NCBI GenBank assembly: GCA_937889945.1
Contig: CALBZC010000010.1
Coordinates: forward strand, 44,358 to 108,357
Direction: 5' to 3'
DNA: 64,000 nt
DNA from: an uncultured Bacteroidales bacterium
GTDB taxonomy: Bacteria > Bacteroidota > Bacteroidia > Bacteroidales > UBA4417
Shown: positions 47,987 through 59,300 of the stretch, piece after piece
Numbering within the stretch: position 1 is the first letter of the stretch
Layout: every line of letters begins with the position of its first letter
The notes under the pieces: generated by a model
Told to the model about the DNA's origin: nothing
What the model saw: the letters and a program-made list of their open reading frames with translations, nothing else
Database searches by the model: none
Made by a program: the position numbers and the translations under genes

Positions 47987-48545
47987 AAGTTTTTCTCGTT
48001 TTATATTGCATCTGTTTGGCTGGAATATAGAAAGCCATATTTCGCCCGAACATAAAAAAATGGTGGTGATGATGGCGCCACACACCAGCAATTGGGATTT
48101 TGTGATAGGATGGTTGGGCTTTAATGCACTAGGTTTACGCTCACGTTTTCTTATTAAAAAGGAGTTTTTTAAACCTGTAATCGGCGGCATTATTAAAGCG
48201 ATGGGCGCCATTCCTGTAAACAGAAAATTGCCTACGGCTGTGGTGCAACAAGTAGCGGAACTTTTTAACTCTCATGAGGAATATATCGTAACCATTACGC
48301 CTGAAGGAACACGAAGTTTAAACAGAAACTGGAAGCGGGGCTTTTATCACATTGCGCGGCAAGCAGGAGTGCCCATAGGCATTGGTTATTTGGATTATAA
48401 AAAAAAGGAAGGCGGAATTTTAGCCGTATTTTTTCCTACAGGTGATTATGAAGCCGATTTTAAACATATAGAAAAATATTATTATGATAAAAATGCCAAA
48501 TTTCCCGAAAAGTTTAATTTAAGTCCGCAAAATCGAAAGGTATAA
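47979..48545 (+). CDS. 1-acyl-sn-glycerol-3-phosphate acyltransferase-like (PlsC family)
   Basis: 188 aa with the HX4D acyltransferase motif APHTSNWD and the downstream ITPEGTR block. The start overlaps the dnaX stop (ATGCGTAA). Confidence 0.7.
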   Translation: MRKSFSRFILHLFGWNIESHISPEHKKMVVMMAPHTSNWDFVIGWLGFNALGLRSRFLIKKEFFKPVIGGIIKAMGAIPVNRKLPTAVVQQVAELFNSHEEYIVTITPEGTRSLNRNWKRGFYHIARQAGVPIGIGYLDYKKKEGGILAVFFPTGDYEADFKHIEKYYYDKNAKFPEKFNLSPQNRKV

Positions 48546-48563
48546 AACAAATAAAGAAATTAC

Positions 48564-49442
48564 ATGCAACTTCTTACACCCCAACACTTTGATGATTATG
48601 AACTTATAGATTCCGGAAATTTCAGGAAGCTGGAGCGTTTTGGCAAGTACACCCTTATTCGTCCCGAACCGCAGGCTATATGGAATCCTTCTATGACCGA
48701 AAAGGAATGGGAAAAGCATGCACACGCGGCATTTATTCTTAATCCCAAAGACTTGGAAAAAGGAAGTTGGAAACTTAAGCCGGGCATGCCGGAGCAGTGG
48801 ACTGTGGCGTATTTCAAGAATAACTACCGGTTTTCATTACGACTGGGGCTTACTTCATTCAGGCATATAGGCATTTTTCCTGAGCAGGCACCCAATTGGG
48901 ATTTTATAATGGACGCAGTGGATAAACATACATCCGCAAAGCCTAAGGTGTTAAACCTGTTTGCATACACAGGAGGGGCTTCGTTGGCAGCATGTGCCGC
49001 CGGTGCTGATGTTACACATGTCGATTCGGTAAAACCTGTAATTAGCTGGGCGCGTGAAAATATGGAAAAAAGCAAACTTGATAATATTCGCTGGGTGGTT
49101 GAAGATGCGCTGAAATTTGCACGTCGTGAGGTAAAACGTGGCAATATGTATAGTGGCATTATACTCGATCCGCCCGCTTATGGGCGGGGCGCTGATGGAG
49201 AAAAATGGATTCTGGAAGAAAATCTTAACGAAATAATTTATTTATGCAGTAAATTATTACAGCCCCAACATTCATTTCTCATTCTTAATATGTACTCCAT
49301 CGGTTTTTCTTCATTGGTGGCTAATAACCTTATTAACTCGTATTTTAATAATGGCGATAAAAATCAGTTTGGAGAATTATATCTACCGGATAATTTTGGC
49401 AAAAAATTACCATTAGGTACGTTTTTGCGGTTTACAAGATAA
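48564..49442 (+). CDS. Class I SAM-dependent methyltransferase (RlmI/RlmK C-terminal-domain-like)
   Basis: 292 aa with VLNLFAYTGGASLAAC (motif I) and GIILDPPAY (motif IV-like). Confidence 0.7.
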   Translation: MQLLTPQHFDDYELIDSGNFRKLERFGKYTLIRPEPQAIWNPSMTEKEWEKHAHAAFILNPKDLEKGSWKLKPGMPEQWTVAYFKNNYRFSLRLGLTSFRHIGIFPEQAPNWDFIMDAVDKHTSAKPKVLNLFAYTGGASLAACAAGADVTHVDSVKPVISWARENMEKSKLDNIRWVVEDALKFARREVKRGNMYSGIILDPPAYGRGADGEKWILEENLNEIIYLCSKLLQPQHSFLILNMYSIGFSSLVANNLINSYFNNGDKNQFGELYLPDNFGKKLPLGTFLRFTR

Positions 49443-49454
49443 GTAATATTAATT

Positions 49455-50768
49455 TTAGTGCACCTCAACGTTCTGATACCCGATTAATTCATCGTATTGT
49501 TTTCCTCGTGGGCGGTGATAAACTAAAACGGTGTATTTGTTTTTGGTTTGTGCATGGTTGCCTTCTATACTACCCACGTTGCACGCGTTGCGATTAAAAG
49601 GCTTTACCATATAAATATAATTGTAATATCCTTGTTTAAAAAGAATTGATGCTTCATAACCCATACGTTCCCCGTTATAGCTCATTTTATTCTCATCCGT
49701 ATTTTCCCATCCGTTATAATTGCCTGCTACATATACGTTGCCATCCCAAACCGGAGGCGTGGAAAGGAAAAAATTAACACGTGCATATTCCCCCTGAGTA
49801 TCTACGTTATTTGCATCATCGGTTTTAAGTATAAAGTTTCCATGAATGCCTTGTTCGCTCATATAGGGTTTTGATTTTCTGCTTTCGGTATCATACAATT
49901 TTACATGATATACACTGTCGTCAAAAGTAATATCACGTACCAATCCATACACAGTACGCAATGTTTTAATGTCGAAATACCTGAACTCGTTGCCTGCTTC
50001 TACAAAGTTGGATTCGTCTAATGTCCCGTAATCAATAACTTTGGGATTATATGTAGTGGGTTTGAGGCTTGTAAGTGCATTATCCCATCTGCCATTTTGC
50101 AATACTATAATTTTTAAGTCGGTGGTAGGAGCAATAATTGGATAACCGTTAGTATTTACTTTCACGTTTATTTCCTGCTTATGCTCAAACCCTGAAGCCG
50201 TATTGGCGCGGGTAACATCAGCGCCAACCAGAATTTTCTGGTCAACTACATGAAAGCGCCTTGTAAATACAATGTTTTTCTCGCCATAGCGGTTTTGCGA
50301 AAACACTTTTAAAATATAATTTCCCGATTTTAATAGGGTAAAGCTGTTGTTGGGAAAAGTGAAATTGTAATGTGTGTAAGGTAAGCGTGTATTGAAAGAG
50401 GCGTTAACGCTATAAATCATCTGGGTTTCAATTCCCTGCAAATATTCATTTGTCCAGATATTCGATTTTTCCCAGTTGGCACTGCAATGTTCAATTATAT
50501 AATAATAAGTTTTAGCGCCGGCATATAATTCGTCAAAAGAACAATGTAATTTTTCATCTGTGTTAAGATTTATAACCGCGTCCGAAAGAGGATCGCCTGC
50601 AACATGAAGGGTTATAGACTTTATGTTTTTATTATATACATGATTAGTGTATGATATCGAATCCGTATTTTGTGCAATTGCTGTTTTTGTATAGCACAAA
50701 AGCATAATAGCAAACGATATGTATAAGCGTATAAATTTCATCATATTATTTTTAACATACATAGCCAT
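49455..50768 (-). CDS. DUF5103 / type IX secretion system plug-like protein
   Basis: 437 aa with a signal peptide. IKSITLHV...DAVINLNTDEKLHCSFDEL....YYYIIEHCSANWEKS...NEYLQG and SGNYILKVF match my recollection of the DUF5103 (T9SS plug first domain) family. This is from memory only. Confidence 0.45.
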   Translation of the reverse strand: MAMYVKNNMMKFIRLYISFAIMLLCYTKTAIAQNTDSISYTNHVYNKNIKSITLHVAGDPLSDAVINLNTDEKLHCSFDELYAGAKTYYYIIEHCSANWEKSNIWTNEYLQGIETQMIYSVNASFNTRLPYTHYNFTFPNNSFTLLKSGNYILKVFSQNRYGEKNIVFTRRFHVVDQKILVGADVTRANTASGFEHKQEINVKVNTNGYPIIAPTTDLKIIVLQNGRWDNALTSLKPTTYNPKVIDYGTLDESNFVEAGNEFRYFDIKTLRTVYGLVRDITFDDSVYHVKLYDTESRKSKPYMSEQGIHGNFILKTDDANNVDTQGEYARVNFFLSTPPVWDGNVYVAGNYNGWENTDENKMSYNGERMGYEASILFKQGYYNYIYMVKPFNRNACNVGSIEGNHAQTKNKYTVLVYHRPRGKQYDELIGYQNVEVH

Positions 50769-50770
50769 TT

Positions 50771-51790
50771 TTAAATGCCGCCTCGTGAATAGGGAGTGGC
50801 ATTTTGTGAGGCAAAACTATTTTCCAAATATTTAAAATATCCTGTAATAGCTATCATTGCCGCATTGTCTGTTGTAAACTGAAACTCAGGAACAAACACT
50901 TTCCATCCGTGTGTTTCAGGCATTTTTAAAATAGCATCGCGCAATCCGGAATTTGCGGAAACGCCCCCGGCAATAGCAATCTCTTTGATGTTGTATTGCT
51001 TGGAAGCCAGAATAAGTTTATGCATTAAAATATCGATAATGGAATTTTGCAACGAAGCACAGAGGTCGTCCATGTTGTTTTGGATAAAACCGGCATCCTC
51101 TTTTAACCTATCACGTAAGAAATATAGAAAAGAAGTTTTTAAGCCGCTGAAACTGTAATCTAAATCTGCAATATGAGGTTTTGCAAAACTGAATGCTTTG
51201 GGATTGCCAAGTTTAGCATGTTTGTCAATCAAAGGACCTCCCGGATATTCCAATCCCAATATTTTGGCTGCCTTGTCAAATGCTTCACCTGCGGCATCGT
51301 CAATAGTTTGCCCCACAATCTGCATGTCATTGGCGCTATTTACTTTCACAATTTGCGTATGCCCGCCCGAAACCGTGAGGCATAGGAACGGGAAACTTGG
51401 TACCTCCTTATTTTCACCGGGTTTTTGTACAAAATGCGATAAAATATGTGCTTTTAAATGATTAACTTCAATAAGCGGGATGTTTAATGCCAGCGAAAAA
51501 GCTTTGGCAAATGATGTGCCCACCAACAGCGAGCCCATTAAACCCGGACCACGGGTAAAAGCTATTGCATTTAGCGATTTTTTATCTACTTTTGCTACAG
51601 AAAGTGCTTTGTGTATAACAGGAATAATATTTTGCTGATGTGCTCTGGACGCAAGCTCCGGAACTACGCCTCCATAGTCTTTATGCACCTGCTGGTTGGC
51701 AATAATATTGGATAATAACACATTATCCTGTAAAACGGCTGCAGAGGTATCATCGCATGAAGATTCGATTCCGAGTATGTAAATTGGCAT
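50771..51790 (-). CDS. tsaD: tRNA N6-adenosine threonylcarbamoyltransferase
   Basis: 339 aa with ILGIESSCDDTS, SGGHT and AIAGGVSANS motifs. Confidence 0.95.
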   Translation of the reverse strand: MPIYILGIESSCDDTSAAVLQDNVLLSNIIANQQVHKDYGGVVPELASRAHQQNIIPVIHKALSVAKVDKKSLNAIAFTRGPGLMGSLLVGTSFAKAFSLALNIPLIEVNHLKAHILSHFVQKPGENKEVPSFPFLCLTVSGGHTQIVKVNSANDMQIVGQTIDDAAGEAFDKAAKILGLEYPGGPLIDKHAKLGNPKAFSFAKPHIADLDYSFSGLKTSFLYFLRDRLKEDAGFIQNNMDDLCASLQNSIIDILMHKLILASKQYNIKEIAIAGGVSANSGLRDAILKMPETHGWKVFVPEFQFTTDNAAMIAITGYFKYLENSFASQNATPYSRGGI

Positions 51791-51871
51791 TTTTTATGTA
51801 TGTTAGGTATGCAAATTTCAGTAAAAAGATTTATTTTTATTGATAATTTATAAAAATAGAAAAGCAAAGGT

Positions 51872-54800
51872 ATTAAAAAATTAAAGAAGATATTAATCGG
51901 GTTTTTACTCGTTATTTTATTGCTGCCGCCAGCCTTGGTGTTAATAGTACGCTTGGCGCCGGTACAGAATTTTATTGCCCATAAGGCAGCCGACTACTTG
52001 TCAAAAGAGTTGAAAACAAAAGTTTACATAGGGGGTTTCCACCTTAGCTGGTTTTTGGATGTTGTTTTTACTGATTTGGAAGTGCAGGGGCAGGACGGTA
52101 AAATTATACTCAAGTCAAAGCGTTTGCGTGCCGATGTTACAAAAATAAATACCGAAAAACGTAAACTTTTTATCAGTGAAATTGCTTTTGAAGATACACA
52201 AACACGCTTGGTGTATCACGTGAAAGACAGTGCGCTTAATTTAAAATTTATTATTGATTATTTTTCTCCTGAAAAACCCCGACCCGAAGTTCCCAAGTCC
52301 CAACAACCGTGGGAATTGAAAATCAAGAATGTAAAACTCATCAATAATCATTTTATTTATCAGGATGAAAGGCATTTAGAGCAAAACCATAAAGGAATTA
52401 ATTTTTCAAACCTTGAGTTTACTCATCTCAACGCGGATTTTAGAAATACATTTGTTATAGGCGACAGCATTATTGCCAATATAAAAAATTTATCGTGCAA
52501 GGAACGTAGCGGATTCAGGCTCGATAAATTTGTGGCTGACGCCATAGTTTCATCCAAAGGCATCAACGCGCGCGATTTTGAAATAACTACAAATAACAGC
52601 CATTTGGTAGGTGATTTGCGTTTTGACTATGACAGTTGGAAATCCTATAACGATTTTATCAATGATGTGCATATAACGGCATTTTTTAAACCTACACGTT
52701 TGGATATGAATGATGTAGCTTATTTTGCACATGGCATAGCAGGCATGGATGATGTATTCAATTTTTCGGGTTATATCAAAGGCAAAGTAGCCTCATTTTC
52801 TGCTACCGATTTCGATTTAAAATATGGAGCTAAAACCTATTTTTCGGGAAATATAAAAATGACGGGGCTTCCGAATATAGATGAAACTTTTATGCACCTG
52901 AACATTGCACAACTTAAAACCCATGTGTATGACGTTCAAAATTTTAAATTACCCGGTGGCAAGTCTATCGTTTTACCTAAAGAAGTAAAACAACTGGGCA
53001 ATGTGAGCATAACCGGAAAATTTACAGGCTTTTATTCTGATTTTATTGCGAATGCTGCTTTTAAAACAGATGTCGGAAATCTAAATACCGATATATCTAT
53101 GACACATGACAAAAAAAGTGGTGATATAGGGTATAACGGTAAAATTATAGCACAAGGTTTTAACATAGGTCGTTTGTTAGCTATAAAAAAAGTAGGGAAG
53201 TTAAATGTAAATGCTACTGTTAAAGGAAAGAATTTTTCAGCCGAAAAAGCGGATGCGGATATTAACGGAAATATTACCAATTTGGAATACGATGGAAATG
53301 TTATCAACAAAATAGATATAGCGGGCAAGTATCATAATAAAAAATTTGACGGAACCATATCCTCTAATGATGAAATCCTGAATTTTGATCTAAAAGGAAG
53401 CATTGACTTAACCAAGGATGCAACAAGCTATAATTTTGAATCTACTGTTAAAAATATAGATTTGGCACGGTTAAAATTACTCAAAACAGATTCTGTTGCT
53501 TCTTTTTCGGGCAAAATCATATCTAACTTTAACGGCAACTCTCTTAATAAGCTACTTGGTAATCTTACCATTCAGAATGTGCTTTTTGTAAAGGGGGAGG
53601 ACAGGCTTTACATGAAAGAGCTTTCGGTAAATGCAATCAGGATAGATGAGTTAACCAAGCGTTTAACCATTAAAAACGACTTCTTTTCCGCGGACTTTAT
53701 CGGTAATTACGCGATTGAGGATTTTGATGATTACGCATTGGCTATCCTTAAAAAGTATCTACCTTCTTTATATAATGGAAAGATAGAAAAAACAATGGAT
53801 ATAGAAGGGGGCTTCGACTATTCGCTGAAGCTCTATAATACCCAGCCTTTGACAAAAATATTTATGCCCGACCTAAAAGTTGATACTTCCACCGTTTTAA
53901 GGGGATGGTTTAACCCGGGTACATATGATTTCAGGTTCATGGGCACTTCCAAAGCAATTGTGTATAAAAATTATTTGCTTAACAGCTTAAATATGAATGG
54001 ATACACAGAGCATGACGTGTTTAAGGTGGATCTGCAAACGGCTTCCGTTGACAAGGCTGTTAAGAAAAAGAAAAAAGAAGATGCTACCATACTGGAAAAA
54101 TATAAACTTTCGGCAATTGCCAAAAACGATACGGTAAAACTTATTACCTCATGGGGTAAAGAGAACGGTAAAACCTTTAACGCCGATATAATTACTAATC
54201 TTTCATTTTCACAATATCCTAAATTGGCTCTCCATACCGAAAAAGCAAACATCATGCTGAACGATACCCTTTGGAAAGGTTTACCCGATAATCTGGTAGT
54301 GATTGATACCAATAAAATATTTATCCAAAATGTGGGATTTAGGTATAATAATCAGCATGTTACCTTCAACGGAACCGTATCTAAAGATCCTCTCGATAAG
54401 CTGAACGTTGTTTTTAAAGACTTTAATATATCTAATATTGATGTCCTCACAGTGCCTGGCGGATTGGATGTGGACGGAATTTTTAACGGCAATGTATCGC
54501 TGAGCAGCGCCTATAAAAATCCTAAAATACTTGCAAACCTTGATGTAGCTAAAATGTATATCAATAAAGAGTTTTTGGGAGATGCAGAAATAAAAACTGC
54601 GTGGGATAATGAGCGTTCTTCAATAGATGTGGATATGCGTATTGTGGATAAAAGTAAACTGATACCTTCTTATCCGCTTAAAATAAACGGTAAAGTATTT
54701 ATAGAGAATAAAAAACAGGATAATTTCGACCTCACCATACTTATAGATAAATTAAAACTTGCAGCCATTCAGCCTTTTGTTGAAAGTTTGTTCTCAAAAG

Positions 54801-56302
54801 TAGATGGGGCAACCAGTGGGGCTTTAACGCTCAAAGGAAATTTCGACAACCCCGTGCTTGAGGGAAAACTCACCTTGCAAAAGGCGCAATTGCTCATGTC
54901 ATTATTGGGCGTAACTTATACCATTGATGGGGATGTGAATTTCGAAAAAAACAAAATCATACTTAAAAATCTTCCGCTTCAGGATTCCATCGGCAATACA
55001 GGTAAAATAGCCGGAATGGTAACACACCAGTCATTTAAAAATTTCTATTTAAATCTTAATCTGAAAGTAAACAACCTTTCAGCCTTGCATACTAATTTTA
55101 ACCCTAAAGAAGTTTATTACGGCAAAGCTTTGGCAACCGGAGATATAGATATAGAAGGCGGATTAAAAAATTTAAATATTAATATATTTGCCACTCCGGT
55201 AAAAGGCACCCAGGTATTTATTCCCATCCGATATTCTATTGGCTTGGCGCGTAAAGATTTTATTCGTTATCAGTCTGATTCGGTAGATGAGGACGATGAA
55301 ATATTCTTGTATGATTTTAACGAAAAATCGGCGGTTAACCTCGATATGCTGCTTGATGTTACGCCCAATGCGGAAATAAATATTTTGTTGCCCGACAATT
55401 TAGGGGATATAAAGGCACACGGACATGGTTTAATAGACTTAGGCATCAATACAAGAGGTGATAACAAAATGTATGGCTTGTATGTGATGGACGACGGCGA
55501 TTTTAAACTTAACTTGGAGAATATATTTAAACGCAATTTCAGGATACGTTCAGGAAGCACCATTGCGTTCAATGGGAGCCCTACAGATGCTACAGTCAAC
55601 CTGAAAGCCGAGTATAAAACCAAAACATCTCTGGCCGGATTGCCCAATGTGCCTTTGGAAATTACAGGAGAACGCGTTATGGTAAACTGTGTGGTTTCGT
55701 TACAAAACAGCCTGATGAAACCCGATATCCGTTTTAGTATTGAGCTCCCGAACGCTACTGAAGAAGTAAAACAATATGTATTCAGTGCCATTGACACCAC
55801 CAACGTAAATGCCATGAACCAGCAAATGATTTCTCTGCTGGCGCTTAATTCTTTTGCTACAACAAGCGGTATTCTTGTTAATGAAGAACGGTGGGGAAAC
55901 ACCTCATACGATATTTTAAACAACCAGATTAACAATTTTCTTTCACAAGTTATAAAGGATATTGATATTGGCGTAAACTACCGTCCGGGCTCTGAGCTTA
56001 ACCAGGAAGAATTGGGGCTCATGTTTTCAAAAAAAATTAACGAACGTTTATCTATCAGCGGTAATGTGGGGCGCAATACCAAAGGTGTGGGCGAGCAGCA
56101 AGTTTCGCGCCTGATCGGCGACTTTTTGGTAGAGTATAAGATTACAAAGGACGGAAGATTTATTTTAAAAGCTTTTAACCGCACCAATTCTTTATACGAT
56201 ATTAACAATCAGGCTCCTTATACGCAAGGTGTCGGGGTGCTTTATCGCAAGGAGTTTGATAATGCCGGGGAGCTTTGGAAAAAGAAAAAGAAGGTGAAAT
56301 AA
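51872..56302 (+). CDS. tamB: Translocation and assembly module protein TamB (DUF490); start codon uncertain
   Basis: About 1460-1476 aa, beta-rich and repetitive, with a C-terminal DUF490-like block (...GNVGRNT...LIGDFLVEYKITKDGRFILKAFNR). The frame is open from 51860 with no ATG or GTG before the TTG at 51920. ATT at 51872 would give the expected KK-rich N-terminus plus TM anchor. Confidence 0.8.
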   Translation: MKKLKKILIGFLLVILLLPPALVLIVRLAPVQNFIAHKAADYLSKELKTKVYIGGFHLSWFLDVVFTDLEVQGQDGKIILKSKRLRADVTKINTEKRKLFISEIAFEDTQTRLVYHVKDSALNLKFIIDYFSPEKPRPEVPKSQQPWELKIKNVKLINNHFIYQDERHLEQNHKGINFSNLEFTHLNADFRNTFVIGDSIIANIKNLSCKERSGFRLDKFVADAIVSSKGINARDFEITTNNSHLVGDLRFDYDSWKSYNDFINDVHITAFFKPTRLDMNDVAYFAHGIAGMDDVFNFSGYIKGKVASFSATDFDLKYGAKTYFSGNIKMTGLPNIDETFMHLNIAQLKTHVYDVQNFKLPGGKSIVLPKEVKQLGNVSITGKFTGFYSDFIANAAFKTDVGNLNTDISMTHDKKSGDIGYNGKIIAQGFNIGRLLAIKKVGKLNVNATVKGKNFSAEKADADINGNITNLEYDGNVINKIDIAGKYHNKKFDGTISSNDEILNFDLKGSIDLTKDATSYNFESTVKNIDLARLKLLKTDSVASFSGKIISNFNGNSLNKLLGNLTIQNVLFVKGEDRLYMKELSVNAIRIDELTKRLTIKNDFFSADFIGNYAIEDFDDYALAILKKYLPSLYNGKIEKTMDIEGGFDYSLKLYNTQPLTKIFMPDLKVDTSTVLRGWFNPGTYDFRFMGTSKAIVYKNYLLNSLNMNGYTEHDVFKVDLQTASVDKAVKKKKKEDATILEKYKLSAIAKNDTVKLITSWGKENGKTFNADIITNLSFSQYPKLALHTEKANIMLNDTLWKGLPDNLVVIDTNKIFIQNVGFRYNNQHVTFNGTVSKDPLDKLNVVFKDFNISNIDVLTVPGGLDVDGIFNGNVSLSSAYKNPKILANLDVAKMYINKEFLGDAEIKTAWDNERSSIDVDMRIVDKSKLIPSYPLKINGKVFIENKKQDNFDLTILIDKLKLAAIQPFVESLFSKVDGATSGALTLKGNFDNPVLEGKLTLQKAQLLMSLLGVTYTIDGDVNFEKNKIILKNLPLQDSIGNTGKIAGMVTHQSFKNFYLNLNLKVNNLSALHTNFNPKEVYYGKALATGDIDIEGGLKNLNINIFATPVKGTQVFIPIRYSIGLARKDFIRYQSDSVDEDDEIFLYDFNEKSAVNLDMLLDVTPNAEINILLPDNLGDIKAHGHGLIDLGINTRGDNKMYGLYVMDDGDFKLNLENIFKRNFRIRSGSTIAFNGSPTDATVNLKAEYKTKTSLAGLPNVPLEITGERVMVNCVVSLQNSLMKPDIRFSIELPNATEEVKQYVFSAIDTTNVNAMNQQMISLLALNSFATTSGILVNEERWGNTSYDILNNQINNFLSQVIKDIDIGVNYRPGSELNQEELGLMFSKKINERLSISGNVGRNTKGVGEQQVSRLIGDFLVEYKITKDGRFILKAFNRTNSLYDINNQAPYTQGVGVLYRKEFDNAGELWKKKKKVK

Positions 56303-56320
56303 AGTTAATATATTGGGGTT

Positions 56321-59300
56321 ATGCAGGGTAATGGTAATTTTACGGTTTATAAATCTTCGGCAGGTTCAGGGAAAACTTATACCCTTGTGCGCGAATATAT
56401 CACTATCGCATTAAAGTCGCCACGCTATTTCAAATCCATTTTGGCTATTACGTTTACCAATAAAGCTGCTGCCGAAATGAAGCAGCGTATTATTATTTCG
56501 CTAACGCACATGGCAAACCCTCAAAAATATACAGATACAGCGGCGGTTAAATTTATGATGCCTGATATAGCAAAAGCAACAGGCTTTAGCGTAAACGAAA
56601 TTGCTGAAAAAAGCACGCAAACATTAACGCAAATACTCCATCATTACGACGATTTTGCCATTAAGACCATTGATAGCTTTGTGTCTAATATTATACGCAC
56701 TTTTGCGCATGATTTGCATTTGCCTGTTGACTTTGAAATAGAACTCACCCACGAAAAACTGTTGGATGAAGCGGTAGGTAAAATTTTGGATAAAATAGGT
56801 GTGGATAAAGAAATTACGGAGCTTCTGCTGGCATATGCCGATGCAAAAATGGAAGATGATTTATCTTGGGATATAGAGTTGAACCTGAAACAAACAGGTA
56901 AAGAAATTTTTGAAGAGCGGAGCATACCTTTTTTAGCCGCCCTCAAAAATTATTCGCCACAACGCATAAAAGAAATTTCGCAACATATACGTGCTCGGCT
57001 CAAGCATATAGAAAACCACTTGCTGCAACTTGCAAAAAACGCGTTAACAATAATAAATCAACAAGGAGTAAGTCCTGAATGGCTGATGTATGGTAAAAAC
57101 GGCATATATTCGTTTTTTAACCGTTTGCATAATAAGCAAATTGTTTTGCCCTCAGATAAAATTGCCACAAGCGTAAGCGAAAACAAGTGGTATGCTTCCA
57201 AATGCACTGTCTCGCAAAAACTTGCCGTTGATGCAGTTAAAAATGAGCTGGAGGTTATATTTAAGGACATTGTAGATTATCTGAATAAAAATTTTTCGGA
57301 ATATAACCTCTTATTGCTCATAAGCAGGAATGTTTATCAAATGGGCGTGCTGGCTGAACTTCAGCAACAGGTGGAAGCCATAAGCAGAGAAAATGCAGTA
57401 GTGCATATTTCGGAATTCAACAAACGCATTATCGATATTATTTTAAAAGAGCCTGTTCCTTTTATATACGAACGCATAGGGGAGAGGTATCATCATTATT
57501 TGATAGACGAATTTCAGGATACATCAGAGCTGCAATGGAAAAACCTTTTGCCTTTGTTGGGCGAAACGCTGGCAGGCGGAAACTTTAATCTTGTTGTAGG
57601 CGATGGCAAACAAGCAATATACAGGTTCAGGAATGGAAATGTGGAGCAATTTGTAACGCTTCCTCAGCTGCCGCCAAGCTTTGAAAAACATATATTTGCA
57701 GAAACAGCCGATGCGCTGGCAGCTAACTATGTAGGCAATGAGCTGTTGACTAATTTTCGATCCAAACAGGAAATTGTTAACTTCAACAACGCTTTGTTTA
57801 CCTATGCTGCACGTTTTTTGCCCGATGATTTTAAATCCATCTATGCCAACCATGTGCAAAAAAACTTACCTTCAAACAACGGCGGTTTTGTGCAGATAGA
57901 ATTTTATGAAAAAGAGCCGAAAGTGAAGGTGCCACAAGTATATTTGCAGCGCGTGGCAGATATTATAAAGCAATTACAGGAAAAAGGTTTTGCTCTTGGC
58001 GATATATGCATACTGATACAAAAAAAGCTGGAAGGCAGCATTATCGCCCGTTTTCTTACACAACAAGGTATAAAGGTGGTATCCAACGAAGCCCTGCTAT
58101 TGCACTCTTCTCCTCAGGTTAATTTTCTTATATCGCTTTTAACATACCTGAAAGATAAGAATATGCTGGCAGCAGCCGAAATATTAAACTACCTTAACCG
58201 CAATGCGCTTATTAATGTAGATTTGATAGACGTTTGTTCGGATAAATCCGTATCCGGATTAGGCGTTTTCTTAGCTGAACAGGACTTTAATTTTAACGAA
58301 AAATACTTACACACCTTTTCTTTGTATGACTTGTGCGAAGAGCTTATCAGAATATTTAAACTGCAAACTCCGTATGATATATACCTTCAAACATTCCTTG
58401 ATTTTGTAAATACCGTTCAGGTTAAAGCCGGAAATAGGATAGCGTCTTTTTTGCAGGAATGGGAAGAAAATAAAAGCACCCTTTCCATACAATCCTCCGC
58501 CGAGCCTGATGCGGTGAAAATAATGACCATACATAAATCCAAAGGGCTTGAGTTTCCTGTGGTTATTTTGCCTGTGTCGCAAAACGATAAAGCGCCGCTT
58601 AAAAACAAATGGGCTTATATGCCGCAGCACATGCACAATTTGCTGCCTGTGGCTTACCTGCCGCTTACCAAAACCTGGGAAAATACCGAGTTGGCGCATC
58701 TCTACACAAGGGAGCAGGAATATGAGCTGTTGGACAAAATAAATGCGGCATATGTAGCATGTACCCGTGCGGTTGATTGTCTGTATATATTGTGTATAGA
58801 ACAAAACCCAACAAAGGAAAGTGAAAGTTTTAGCTTTAATAAACTTTTTTATAATTATACGCAGGAAAATAAAGGTGTTTTCAACGAATCGGGAAATATA
58901 TTTTATACCGGCATTATTAATCAGAGAAAACAGCGTGATGAACTGCCGGAGAAAGCGGCACAACCTGCAAGGATGCAATCCTCACCTTGGCGACAAAAAA
59001 TATTTATTGCCCGCACAGCTTCTGCCGGTATTTCCACCTCCGATTCCCGCACAGAACAAAGTTGGGGAGCAATTGTGCATGAGTCTATTGCGCTTATCAA
59101 TTCACCTGTACACATAAAAGATATTGTTTTGCAACAGGCTGAAAAATATAGGTTTTCGGAACAAGAAAAAGACAAGCTTACGGAAAATCTTAAAAAACTT
59201 GTAAATAATTCTTCTCTTACCGCTTATTTTGGAGAAACAGTCCGCACGTTTTCCGAAGCCGGAATTTTAGATACGGACGGTAATGCATTCAGGCCCGACA

